From: Felis catus
Lineage: Eukaryota
Assembly (NCBI RefSeq): GCF_018350175.1
Contig: NC_058382.1
Span: 8,618,001-8,682,000, forward strand
DNA length: 64,000 nt
Direction of reading: 5' to 3'
Numbering within the stretch: the first letter of the stretch is position 1; the number at the start of each line of letters is the position of its first letter. The notes beneath the pieces were generated by a model. That model saw only the letters and a list, made by a program, of their open reading frames with translations, was not told where the DNA came from and searched no databases. A program made the position numbers and the translations under genes. Below are positions 34,770-45,667 of the stretch, one piece after another.

Positions 34770-36400
34770 GAGGACGCGGCCGAGAGGCTGGCCAGAGGAG
34801 CCCTGAGGCCCAGGCGCCCGGGTCAGAGAGGGCCCGGGTATCTCCGGGTCAAAGGCGCGGCTGGGGGGATCCCGGCGCCGCAGGCGCCCCCTCCCCGGCG
34901 GCAGCAACAGCAGGAGGTGGGGGAGGTGAGGCTGCCGAGTGAGCTGACCATGGACAGCTCCAGAGCGGGCCTGTGTCCAGGGCGGCCGCCGAGCCGGCCT
35001 GGACGGAGGGACCGGGCTGGCTGTTCAAGCCGGAGGGCTGGAGATGGGCAGACCCCGTGCACGAATAGGGGACTATGCAGACGCGACGGGGGGCAGCTGG
35101 CCCTAGCTGGGAGATCTGACACAGCCACAGCAGGTGTCTGGAGCTCCCGGGACTGGGCCGAGGAAGAGAATGTAGGTCCAGAGGAGGCTCCCGGGGCTGA
35201 GCTGAGAAATCCAGGCTCCTGGGCCCTGGACGAGGCGCAAGGCGGCAGTACGCCTGGAATTCTAGGGTTCGGTTGGGGACTCTGAGAACCGGGAGGGGCA
35301 CGCCTGAGTGTCTGGGGTTGGGCTGTGGAATCTGGGCTCCAGGGCCCCCGGGTATAAAGAAGGGAGTCCAGGATCTCGGCAAGGCGAGGGAGGCTCGGCG
35401 AGGGGTCCCCGGGGTGGGCGCTGCCAAGCGGGCTGGGCCGGGCTCTCACCTACCTGGTCCGCGGCGGCTGCGGGCGGAGCTGGGCTGCAGGAGGGACGTG
35501 GGGTGGGGTGGGGGGACCGGGCGGGGCCCCTGGCGGCGGCCGGGGCCCGGATCTGTGGCTCCGGAGCCCTGTCTCCGCCGCTCGCGCGGGCTCCGCGTCT
35601 CTGGCTCCGGCTTGGGAGCTGGGGACCCCCCTCCCCCTCACAGTCTCACAGACCTCTACCCCCTAAAATAGCCCCCTGCCCCTATCACCGTTCAGCCTCC
35701 CCCCCGCGAGGCCGAAGCCGCCAGATCCAGGGGTGCCCACCAGCGCCCCCAAAATCCCACCTCCCCCCCAAAAAAATTCCTCCTCCCTCCCCCCCACAGC
35801 TCCCGTGCGGTCGTGGCCCCTTTAACAGGAGACTGACAGACGGCCCTGAATGGCCAATGGAAGGCGTCGTCGGAGCCGGCCGGTGGCTAAACCCCGCCTC
35901 CGCACGGACTGGGAGGGGTCGCGCGGGCGGAGAGCGGAAGGCGGGGCTCAAGGAGCGCCGGCCAATAAGCTCGCGGCGTGCGGCGGCTGGGGCGGGGGGC
36001 GGAGCCCGGCAGGGGGATGATGTCACCTGGAGCTAGTGGCGCGCGGCGTGGAATGCGAGTCGCGACCCCGGATCCCGGAGGTGGCGCGCGCTAGCCCTAG
36101 CGCCGCACGGGACAGCAGGGCTGGACCGGCGGTGAGGTGGGACTAAAGGTTGGATTTTAAGGCGGGGGCGGCTCCCGGAGACACGCGCTCAGGTTGGAAG
36201 GTGGGGTGAATGGCCGGTCGGCGAGTGCACCTTACTCTGCACCCCCTGCGCCCACCTTGGGAACTGCACGCGGCACCCTCACCCCCCCACGCTGGTGATA
36301 GTACGGCCTGCAGGCCTCCCCTGGCGAACGAAGCTAATGGTTCGTTCCACCCCGCCCACACAGAGGCTGCCCACCGGCTCTGCAGCTTCTCGGGACTCCT
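34770..36400. promoter_or_regulatory. CpG island: PPFIA3 promoter, likely bidirectional
   Basis: CpG-dense, with CCAAT boxes (~35854, ~35962) and GC boxes. Confidence 0.75.
35454..35650 (-). other. PPFIA3: PPFIA3 non-coding exon 1 (5' end approximate)
   Basis: Donor GGACCAG|GTAGGT at 35453 inside a CpG island. The exon-2 acceptor (31345) is 15 nt before the ATG, so an upstream non-coding exon is required. Confidence 0.7.
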
Positions 36401-36530
36401 CCGTCAGACCAACTACAGAAGGGGTTTGGCCTTCGCCCTCAGTCTCTCTTAAGGGCAGGGGACGTTGTCTTCGGCTCTGACCCCGCACTCGGACCCAGAC
36501 CAGGTCCCAGCCTCCGCCTTGGACTTATCC
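36137..36530 (+). pseudogene. C19orf73: Disabled (non-coding) counterpart of the human C19orf73 ORF
   Basis: Syntenic position between the PPFIA3 5' end and LIN7B 3' end, on the opposite strand. Fragments VGLKVGF*GGGGSRRHALRLEGGV, LRPPWELHAAP and VRPAGLPWRTKLMVRSTPPTQRLPTGS resemble the recalled human C19orf73 peptide. Here the start is GTG, there is a TAA at 36158-36160, and the fragments lie in different frames. Confidence 0.65.
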
Positions 36531-36780
36531 CTAGGAAGCCGGCCAACCACCGCCTTCAGACCTTGGGGGAAAGTTCTGCCTCTGCTCTCAGGCTCTGAAA
36601 AGCAGTCTCTGGACTTCAGCTTCTCTCCACCCACCCCCACCATCTCAAGACACTCTAGCCCCAGGATGCAGGACAGATACACAGACACTCAATGAGGGTC
36701 AAAGATCTTTAAATAAGGAGCCGGTGACAATAAATACTGTACAGGGGAGGGGGTGAGGGTGAGGGTCCAGATCTGTGGTT

Positions 36781-39700
36781 TCAGCCTCGAGACTCCAAGG
36801 ACCTGCAAAGAGGGGGAAGAGAGGGGAGTCAAGCTCAGGGAAGGGGACCTGGGGAGGCATGGGAGAGAGCCGGGCCTGGGCCCAGGGCAGTGGACTGAGG
36901 GATTCTGGAGAGTCGGCTGCAGACCTTGGGATGAAAGTGGGCCTAGGAGACCCCCCAAAGGATTTAGCCAGGATAGCTTGTGAGAGCCTGGGTCAGGGGT
37001 CAAGGGTCAGAACCCCAGAGAGAGGAGCCGGGGCTGGGGGTGGTGGCCATCAAGGTCCCAGAAGTCACTGGTCTGGTCTGGTCTGGGACTCTGGGGATAA
37101 AGGAGGCGGTGGAGGCCGCAGGGGTGTGGTGGCAAAGGGCTCACGAGTAGCTCTGGTGCTGCTGGCGCCGGCGAGCAGAGCGCATCTTCTCGAAGCGGGC
37201 CTCCATCTCCTCCAGCACGCGAGGCGTGTAACGCACCACCAGCTTCACCGAGCCCTGGGCTGCCTTCAGCAGCTCCACTGCCTTCTCGTGCTGCTCACCC
37301 TCAACACTCTGCAGGGTGGTGTACAGACACCTGGGCCTGGGGCCTCCCACCCACACCCAGCCCCGACCCTACTGTGGGTGAGCCTGGTACCAGCCCGGGC
37401 TGCCAGGGCCTTGTGTCCTTCTGGGAGAGGCACATTCACTCTTGGCTCAGCGTCCTCCTCCCCCCAAACCTGCCAAGTTCCTCATGTCAGGGACAAGCCC
37501 TCAAAGCCCTCAGTCACCAAGCCGGACCTCCAAGTCCACCTTTATCCCCTCCCTCCCCAAAGCCTGCTGTTCCCCGGCCCCATCCCTCCTGCGCTGACTC
37601 CCTACTTTGTCCCTGCCACCCTGGCCCCAGTTCAGGCCTCATCTTCTCCCCAGGGACTTTCACCTAGCCTCCTCCCTAGAACTTCTGGCCTCCAGTCTCT
37701 ACCTTCAGTCCATCCCCTACAGAGTTCCAAAGGGGTCCTTCGACCCCTCCAAGCTGAGCCTATCCCTCCGCTGTTCACAGCCTTCCCAAGGCTCCCCAGA
37801 ACCCTTGAGACGAAGTCCCAGCTTCCCAGGTTGACACTCGGGCCCTGTATGGCTGGCCCCAAGCCCTTTCTGTTCAGCTCAGAGGAGTGTAGAGTCACAG
37901 CCCCGACCTACAACATCCTCAGCTAGTAATACTCTTCTCTACCCTATTTGCCTGGAGAACTCCTCTGCATCCTTCAAAACCCAACTCAAATGTTCCTTCC
38001 TCTGCAAAAACTTCCCTCACCTACGCTGGTCTGGTGTCCCATTTGGGCTCTCATAATGCTTTGTGCTTCCTCATTATTATCTCCCTGGATCAAGATTATT
38101 TCAGTCAGAGTCTATCTCTCTCACCAAAAAGGAGTCCTTGAATATGGGAGCTGAGGCAAACTTCTTTCAGTGTCTCTAGCGGTGCCCAGCACAGGGCTGG
38201 ACAAAGAGGCAGTGCTCAAGCGGTGCATGTTGAATGAATGTCAAAAGCAGGGACTGTGCTAACCTTGAACAGCCCGGGAGCCCAGCCTCAGTCCCCACTC
38301 ACCACGCCATTCACGGACAGCAGCTGGTCGCCGCGCTTGAGGCCTCCGTGGCGGTCAGCTACGCCTCCAGGGATGACACGGGAGATATAGATGGGGGAGT
38401 TCTGCTCTTTGCCCCCCATGATGTTGAAGCCCAGGCCCTCATCTGTCTTGGGCAGCTCCACTACCCTGGGATGTGCATGGCCCTCACTGGCTGTGAAGGC
38501 AGCCACTGTGGCCTAGGAGAGAAAAAGTGTGGGGAGGTGAGGGCCCCTCCCTGGTGGGTGTACGGACGAGGGGGGAGGATCTGGGCCAGGGAGAGCAATT
38601 TAGGCCAGATCACTTTCCCCACTCACCACTCACGGGGCACCTGCCGCCGTTCAACACAAGCTCACACTGTTATGAGTCCCTTTTAGTTCCCTCTCAATGC
38701 TTCAGACATCAAAGAGAATGTCTCCATTTTGGTATGAGTGCCTCTTAAATACTCACCACTTGCCAATCTCGATTTTTAACAGAGAAAAACAAGGCCTGGA
38801 AGGAACTGAGAGCCTCCAAGGGGCGGCAAGAAATAGCATACAACTATAGTTTACTAAGATTTCAGTGTTTAATGCTATTTCGTTGTATAGGTGTTAAAGG
38901 GTATCCTCTTGTCAGGTATGCGGTACTAGCTTCCACTGGCGGTTGCTACAGATGCCTTTATATGACATTTAAGTAAAACGTGAGATTATTGAAAAGATCA
39001 GTAAATAACAATAACGCTGGTACACAGATTCGGCAAAAATCATGAAGGAGGAAACGGGCACAGTTGACTTTAGGAAGATACTAAACCAGACCATGCAGTT
39101 CAGCGGATAGCGTGGGTGATGGGGTGGGGGACACCAACCTTGGCCGTGGCGTGGGCCCGGATTTCAGCACTGCCGGTGATGTCCAGCGTGTCATAGAGCT
39201 GCTCATACACCTGGTGAGGACGCAGCAGCATCAGCGAGCCACCAGCCCCCTCCTCCCTTCAACGCCGGAGTCCAGGCCCGCAGACCCTCCCACCCAAGGA
39301 TCCGCCCCGCCCCCGCGACCTGGAGCCCGAGGAAACTACAACTCCCGAAGAAACCCGGAGCTGAAGCGCTGGCACCCCAAGGCGGGCCGCCCCCCGGCGC
39401 TGCTGGGAGGCGTAGTCCCTGAGCTCGGGGCGACGATCAGGACGGGCGGCCGCCCGCCCGTGTCCCGGCGCCGCGCTGCTCTCACCTCCCGGATGGCAGA
39501 ACAGAAGCGGCTCTGCAAGACTCGCTGGAGGGCCTGCAGCTTCTGCGGGGGCAGCTCCCCGCTGCGCTGGAGCCTCTCGAGGAGCTCCACCGCCCGGGAC
39601 ACGTCTGCGGGGCGGGGGCGGGGCGCACAGACACAGAGTCAGAGACACGGAGAAGCTCGGGGAGATGCGGCCAGAAACCAGTAAGGGCGAACGCAGACAG

Positions 39701-40052
39701 ATCCCGGGAAAGACAGCCGAGTCTCAGTCGGACACCCGCAGAGTTGCCGGTGGCAAGGGAGACTGCGGCCAGCCAGGCGCCCTGCGCCCCAGAATCCCCA
39801 TACGCACGCAGGCAGGGCTGTGCGGTGGGCGCCCCTCCTGGGCCCGCTAGCCCACGGACCCTCCCACACCCACGAACGGCCGACTCGCGGCGCCCCGCCC
39901 CGCCCACCCCCGCTCGGTTTGCCCGCCCACCCGCCGGGGCCTGGCCGGGAGGGGCGGGGACCGGGGTCCCGGACGCGGGCCGCGGCCGGTGGGCAGGGCC
40001 CCCTGGCGCGCTTACCCCGCTCCAGCCCCAGCGGCTCCACCAGAGCAGCCAT
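36781..40052 (-). CDS. LIN7B: Protein lin-7 homolog B (MALS2/Veli2; L27 + PDZ), 207 aa, 6 exons
   Basis: Exons 40016-40052, 39486-39604, 39139-39210, 38303-38512, 37145-37308, 36781-36802 (624 nt). [25 protein letters not shown]...[25 protein letters not shown]...SLESRG*. Confidence 0.98.
37940..38240 (+). mobile_element. L2 LINE 3' end remnant
   Basis: cccagcacagggctgg...gtgctcaa...ttgaatgaatg terminus. Confidence 0.6.
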
Positions 40053-40270
40053 GTCGGCGCCGCCGCCGCCAGCTGCCCGCCTGCCCGGTCTCCGGCGAGG
40101 AGGGCGGGGCCGCGCGAGGCCACGCCCCGGGCGGCGGGCGCCCCCTGCGGGGGCGCGGCCCGACGTGCGCTCGGCTCCCGGCGTCGCGGCCGCCCCACCT
40201 GCCGCCACGCCTGTCTGGCTGCCCTACCCGCGGCTGGCTGCCGAAGGTCTGTCCGGTTTGCGACCCCTCG
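39260..40270. promoter_or_regulatory. CpG island over the LIN7B promoter and exons 1-2
   Basis: Very high GC and CpG density around the LIN7B ATG. Confidence 0.8.
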
Positions 40271-40359
40271 TCTTGCAGCTTCTGTTTACACCTCTTCCGT
40301 TTCGGTCTGCCCTGCCCGCCACATCTGTCTCTCCCCTTTCTCTTTTTTCCACGTTTGTT

Positions 40360-41120
40360 GGACAAACGTTATGTTAAACATCCGGACACTCCGGTGAGCA
40401 GGACAAACCCACAGCCCTCAAGGAACTTAGTCTACGGGGGAAGGGAAGTAGGCAACCAGCTGCGACTGTGACAAATTGGAAGTAAGGAGGTGATGATCTA
40501 GGACGGACACTGACGTAGAGTCCTTGGAGGGAAGTTCATCAGGAGGTGGGGCATGGATCATTTTCCAGGCAGAAAGGAGCCCACGGGGTAAACATTAAGA
40601 GTGGTTCATGACGGTGAAAAGGTAGGCGGCATACAGGTTATGCATGGCCTTGTGTGTTGGCATACACATGACGAGGATTTTGGACTTCATGGTAAGTCCT
40701 AAGAGTACTGTGGTATTCCAACGTGTATTTTAAGATCCGTGCAGCCACCGTGTGCGGACTGGATTGGATGGTAGCCATAGTGGAAGCAGGAGGCTCTCCC
40801 AGCAATCCCGTGATGGCTTGGACCAGGACAGAGGCAGGGAGGATAGGTGGACAGATTTTGAAACGTCGGGACGTGTCCTGGTAATTTGCTGTGTATGATA
40901 CTAAGGTGCCGGTGGGGCCTCTTGTTAAGATGGTCTATGCTGGAGAAGGATTATCGGATATATTTTCAATCTGAGGAGCCCGTGCAGCACCCAAGTCTGA
41001 AAGCAGTACTGAGCATTTGGGCAAAGGTGGTGGATAAGACCATAGGAGTGGACAAGAACGCTGGGTACAGGGTAGTATAGGACGAAGAGGACCTAGGACT
41101 GCTAACATTTCAAAGTTAGA
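40360..41120 (-). mobile_element. Degenerate L2 fragments
   Basis: ttccaggcagaaagg, ggattttggacttcat and gatggcttggaccagg motifs. Confidence 0.5.
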
Positions 41121-41136
41121 AAGAAGATTTAAAAAG

Positions 41137-41423
41137 GGGGGGGGTGCCTGGGTGGCTCAGTTGGTTAAGTGTGGGACTTGGACTCAGGTCGTGATCTCAT
41201 GGTCCGTGGGTTCGAGCCCCGCATCAGGTTCTGTGCTGACAGCTCAGAGCCTGGAGCCTGCTTCGGATTCTGTCTGTCTCTCTGTCTCTCTCTCAAAAAT
41301 AAACAAACATTAAAATTTTATTTTCCAAAAAAAAAGGGGGGGGGCCAGGAAAGTAGTAGGGAAACCAGGTGGGAGAAACTGTTAAGAAAGTGCTTTTATT
41401 TATTTTTTTAACATTTATTTATT

Positions 41424-41462
<39 letters not shown>

Positions 41463-41605
41463 TTGAGAGGGAGACACAGAATCTGAAGCAGGCTCCAGGC
41501 TCTGAGCTGTCAGCACAGAGCCCAATGCAGGGCTTGAACCCACAAACGGTGAGATCATGACCTGAGCTTTAGTCAGACGCTTAACCGACTGAGCCACCCA
41601 GGCAC
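41137..41605. mobile_element. Inverted Can-SINE pair (41137-41330 plus; 41398-41605 minus)
   Basis: Head and tail motifs in opposite orientations. Confidence 0.88.
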
Positions 41606-42534
41606 TCCAAAAGGGTGCTTTTAAAAGGGGAAGCGGGCAGTGGTATCGGATATTCTAAAGAGGCCAAAGGCACATAGGAAATGTAGACAAGACTGTGGAG
41701 AAGACTGATTGTTGCCTGCCCGCACCATTAGCTGGATGGGGATGAGGAAGCCAGAAAAGGGCTTTGGCAAAGGGAGAGAGCTAGATCAGGTTTGTCTCTC
41801 CCTCTCTCCCTCAGAGTACAGAACATGTTTACAGTTGAAAGCAAAATCCAAGAATACAGAAAGGCTGATACTGAAAAGAACCTCCCCCTACCCCCACCCT
41901 AACTCTCCCCACTGCAAGAGGCAGCTTATGGCTGTTCAATCTTCTAGTTGCTTCTGTATCTAAGTAACATGCTATGTCTCAATGTAGCAATGTTAGATGT
42001 TAGTAATAGATTACATATTGATTTTCTGCTCTTACAACCTTTCTGCTCTCTTCCCATGGTAGTTTTCTCCTACCAGATTTTCGGGCCATCCATCAAGTGC
42101 TCATGGTACGTCTGAGTACTTATTATTTCCTGCCGAGCCCAAGTAGTGTTCCGTGCTTCCATTTCCTTTTCTGGACAGCTTCTGGTTTTGTTTTGGCTTT
42201 CCTGGGATTTCTATGTGCTTTTCTTCCATCACCTTCTCAATTTTTCAAATTTTCCATCACAAGGAATTTTACGGATTCTTTTTTAGTCAGGTTCACTGAA
42301 AAATAATTGACAATGCAGCACTGTAGATGTTTAAGGCGGACAAACAGCATGATGGTTTGATTTATGTATATCGTGAAATGATTAGTGCCATTGGTTCAGC
42401 TACTGAACCTTCTTTTTAACCTGAAAACTCCTTGGAAACTTGAATCCTCTGACCCCAAAAGGGTTGGAAGTGCTCTCTAGAAACTGCCAAACTGGGACTT
42501 TCCTCCATTGCTCTGAATCAGATCTAGTTTCCTC

Positions 42535-45030
42535 TTATTTATTTTTTTTACATTTATTTATTTTTGAAAGACAGAGTGAGACAGAGTGCAAGTGGAGGAG
42601 GGGCAGAGAGAGAAGGAGACACAGAATCTGAAGCAGGCTCCAGGCTCTGAGCAAGAGGTCAGCACAGAGCCCGATGCGGGGCTCAAACCCACGAACCGTG
42701 AGATCATGACCTGAGCCGAAGTTGGACACTTAACCGACCGAGCCACTCAGGCGCCCCATAGTTTCCTCTCTTTTAAATCCCTTGTTTTGGTGATGTATAT
42801 CCTGTTAACTTCCTTAAAAGGTCGTGAGATTTCTTTTACTTTCAAGAACGTTTGCCTAATTCTTTTTCTCCCCTAGTACTTGTAATGTTTGTAACAGAAC
42901 ATTTCAGGTCACGACGTATCTGATTACAGAATGCATCTCAACTCTTAACTTGTTAATGTTTTCAGCTCTAAAGTTTCCATTTGACTTTTTTCTTTTAAAG
43001 ACTGCAGCTCTCAGTTAAAGTTCTCCATCCTGGGGGCGCCTGGGTGGCTCAGGAGGTTAAGCATCTGGCTCTTGATTTCAGCTCAGGTCATGATCTCATG
43101 GTTTGTGAGGTCAGGCTCTGCACTGACATCACGGGCCCTGCTTTGGATTCCTTCTCTCCCTCTCCCTCCATCTCCCTTTCCTTGTTTTGTCAACATATAG
43201 AACAACATTAGAATGCCCGGGTCAGAATACCTGGGTCTGTTGGCTGTTCTTTCCTTGGTTTTCAGCAATGTACATCCTTGTCTTTCTAACGTGCCTAATG
43301 ATGCTGAGTATTGTGTACTAAAAATCACAGAGGCTCTGAATGAGACCTTCCTCCAAAGGGCTAAGTTCTCTCCTGGCAGGCAGATCACCTAAATCCTGAT
43401 GAGGTTCACTTTCAGGTTTCTTCATGTCTGCTGTTTCACTTGTGGCTTACTCCAATATGGTGGCCGCTCTGGGGATCTCCAGCATGGCCATTGCTCCCTG
43501 CAGGGTGGGACCCCCAACCTGTCTCCCCCAGACCCGCAAGGCCGCTGCCACTTCTGCTCAACTCTGTAGCCTCCAGCTAGTTCTTTCCCATGAGCCCTTT
43601 TGGGGGTGGGGGTGGGGAGTTTCTTGCACTGACAGCAAGCAGTTTAGCAGTTGGCAAACGCCTTGAGTGGGGATTGCGTGTAGATCTGGGGGCTCAGTGC
43701 CCCATCTGGCCCCACCTGCATAGTGTGACCTCTGTGAACTCAGCCCAGTGGACTGCCACTTTGAGTCTGTTCCCCCAAACCAAATTGGCAAATGTCCTCA
43801 AAGAAAAAGGGAGGGTGTTGGCTTTCCTTCTCTTAGGCATCAGACTCCCTCGAGCCCAGGTCCCCAGTGCCTTTCACAAGTTCTTTTACAAACCGTGACT
43901 GGTCTTTATGTAACATAACCGGCATGTGCCACGCTAGTCCAGAACACTGTTCTTTGTAGCCAATTCCAGAAGTGTAGTTGCAGCATCTGGGCGATCTTTG
44001 AGAATATGCTAATTAGAGGCACTGAGCTCCCTTTTATTCTCTAAAGTCTTCCTTCCAGGGCCAGTTTTTCCACTTAACCTCGTGGTCTCCTGTTGCAGGA
44101 TTTTCTCAAACGCCTGTCACCCTTGGGTGCTTAGGACGACTGAAGCAGTTAGAAGCATAATCCATGTGCTTGGTTTTCAGCAATGCAAGTGCTATTCTTT
44201 CTAGAGGGGCGCCTGGGTGGCTCAGTCGATCAAGCGTCTGACTTTGGCTCAGGTCTTGATCTCATGGTTGGTGAGTTTGAGCTCCACATTGGGCTCTGTG
44301 CTGTCCGCGCAGAACCTGCTTCAGATCCTCTCTCTCTCTCTCTCTGCTCCTCCCCCACTTGCACTCTCAAAAATAAACTTAAAAAAAAAAAATAGCATAA
44401 ACCATGTGTGTCAGACAGACTTAATAGACAGGCTGCCTCTGGGTTATCAAGCCAAGTTTGCCTTTAGACAGAGAAACTTTTCAAACACCAAAGTAGCTCC
44501 TGTATTTGCCTGGGCAGGAAATGCCCACCCAGCTCCCTAAGCATCGAGTGCTGAAATGGAGGGTGACTGTTCCGCGTACAGATTCTGGAGTCCGCTACCC
44601 TCACTGCACTTGTAGTAGTGGTCTGGAGCCGCTCCAAGGTTCTGCAAGGCTAACTGGCTTCCTTCTCAAGCGGTCACCAGACTGAAGTGTCCTCACCGTC
44701 ACCTGACGTGATCTTCTGTGTCCAGAAACAGCTGGAATCTCAACTGCTGATGGGACCTCCCCTTTCCTGTTAATCCTCCACTGTCAGAGCCGTGTGTGAA
44801 GTAAAAATACTCATGGTGCGGGTGGCTGGGAGGCTTGCTCTGTGAAGCATCCAACTTCAACTCAGGTCACGATCTCATGGTTCCTGAATTCAAGCCCTAC
44901 ATCAGGCTCTCTGCTGTCGGCACAGAGCCGGCCTCTCACAGATCTGTCCCTCTCCCTGCCTCTCCCCCACTCTCACATGTGCATTCTCAAAAATAAACAT
45001 TTAAAAGAAGAGGGGCACCTGGGTGGCTCA
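42535..45030. mobile_element. Intergenic Can-SINEs: ~42535-42757 (-), ~43032-43180 (+), ~44205-44390 (+), ~44817-45030 (+)
   Basis: Can-SINE head, body and tail motifs. Confidence 0.8.
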
Positions 45031-45501
45031 GCTCCTCCTCCCCCAGCTTGTGCTCCCATTTCATCCCCCCACCCTTCCCAGCTCTCCAGCCTCAACAACA
45101 GCTCCCCTTCCAAAATCACAGCTTCCACAGAGTAACCTCATCTTAGAGCCCCACCTCCACCAAGACAAGGGTTACAGAGAGACGGCCCCATAAGAGCCCT
45201 GAGAAAGATGTTAGATGAAGAGAAAGGAAAAAGAAAAAGAAAAAAAGAAAAGGAAAGGAAAGGAAACCACAGAGACATCTAAGACCCTGACAGAGGGAAC
45301 CCTTTCAGAGCACCTCCTTATCCCAGTTTAAATGGCTCTGGGGTAGTGGGGGTAGCCCCAGCCACAGGTCAAAAAAGCCCAAGTTTTTGGCATGCCCTGG
45401 GACACAGACCAGAGTAGGGCTGCTGGAAAGGGCACAACCTTCTGGGAAGACATTAAAAGCAGCGAAGAAACCAAGGTGCTTGTTATCAACAGGAAATTAA
45501 T

Positions 45502-45507
45502 TTTATT
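45502..45507 (-). terminator. SNRNP70 poly(A) signal AATAAA
   Basis: tttatt on the plus strand, ~160 nt past the stop; followed by U/GU-rich sequence on the transcript. Confidence 0.85.
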
Positions 45508-45667
45508 TTAAATCCAAGGGGCCACAACAAATAAGGAGACTCCTACCCTTGGCTGGCAAACTTAGGTGGTGGCCAAGAAGGTTGGGAAGAGGACGACAGC
45601 AAAGGGACGGGCGGGAACGCGTCCAAACAAAACGGGGGGGAGGGGGGGGGGGAGGAAGAAGCCCTCT

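Noticed and set aside
34823-34951. Short ORF MVSSLGSLTSPTSCCCCRRGG as a microprotein or alternative first exon
   Set aside because: No convincing donor or homology; short ORFs are expected in CpG islands.
36775-37926. 383-aa plus-strand ORF
   Set aside because: Antisense shadow of LIN7B in GC-rich sequence; non-ATG start.
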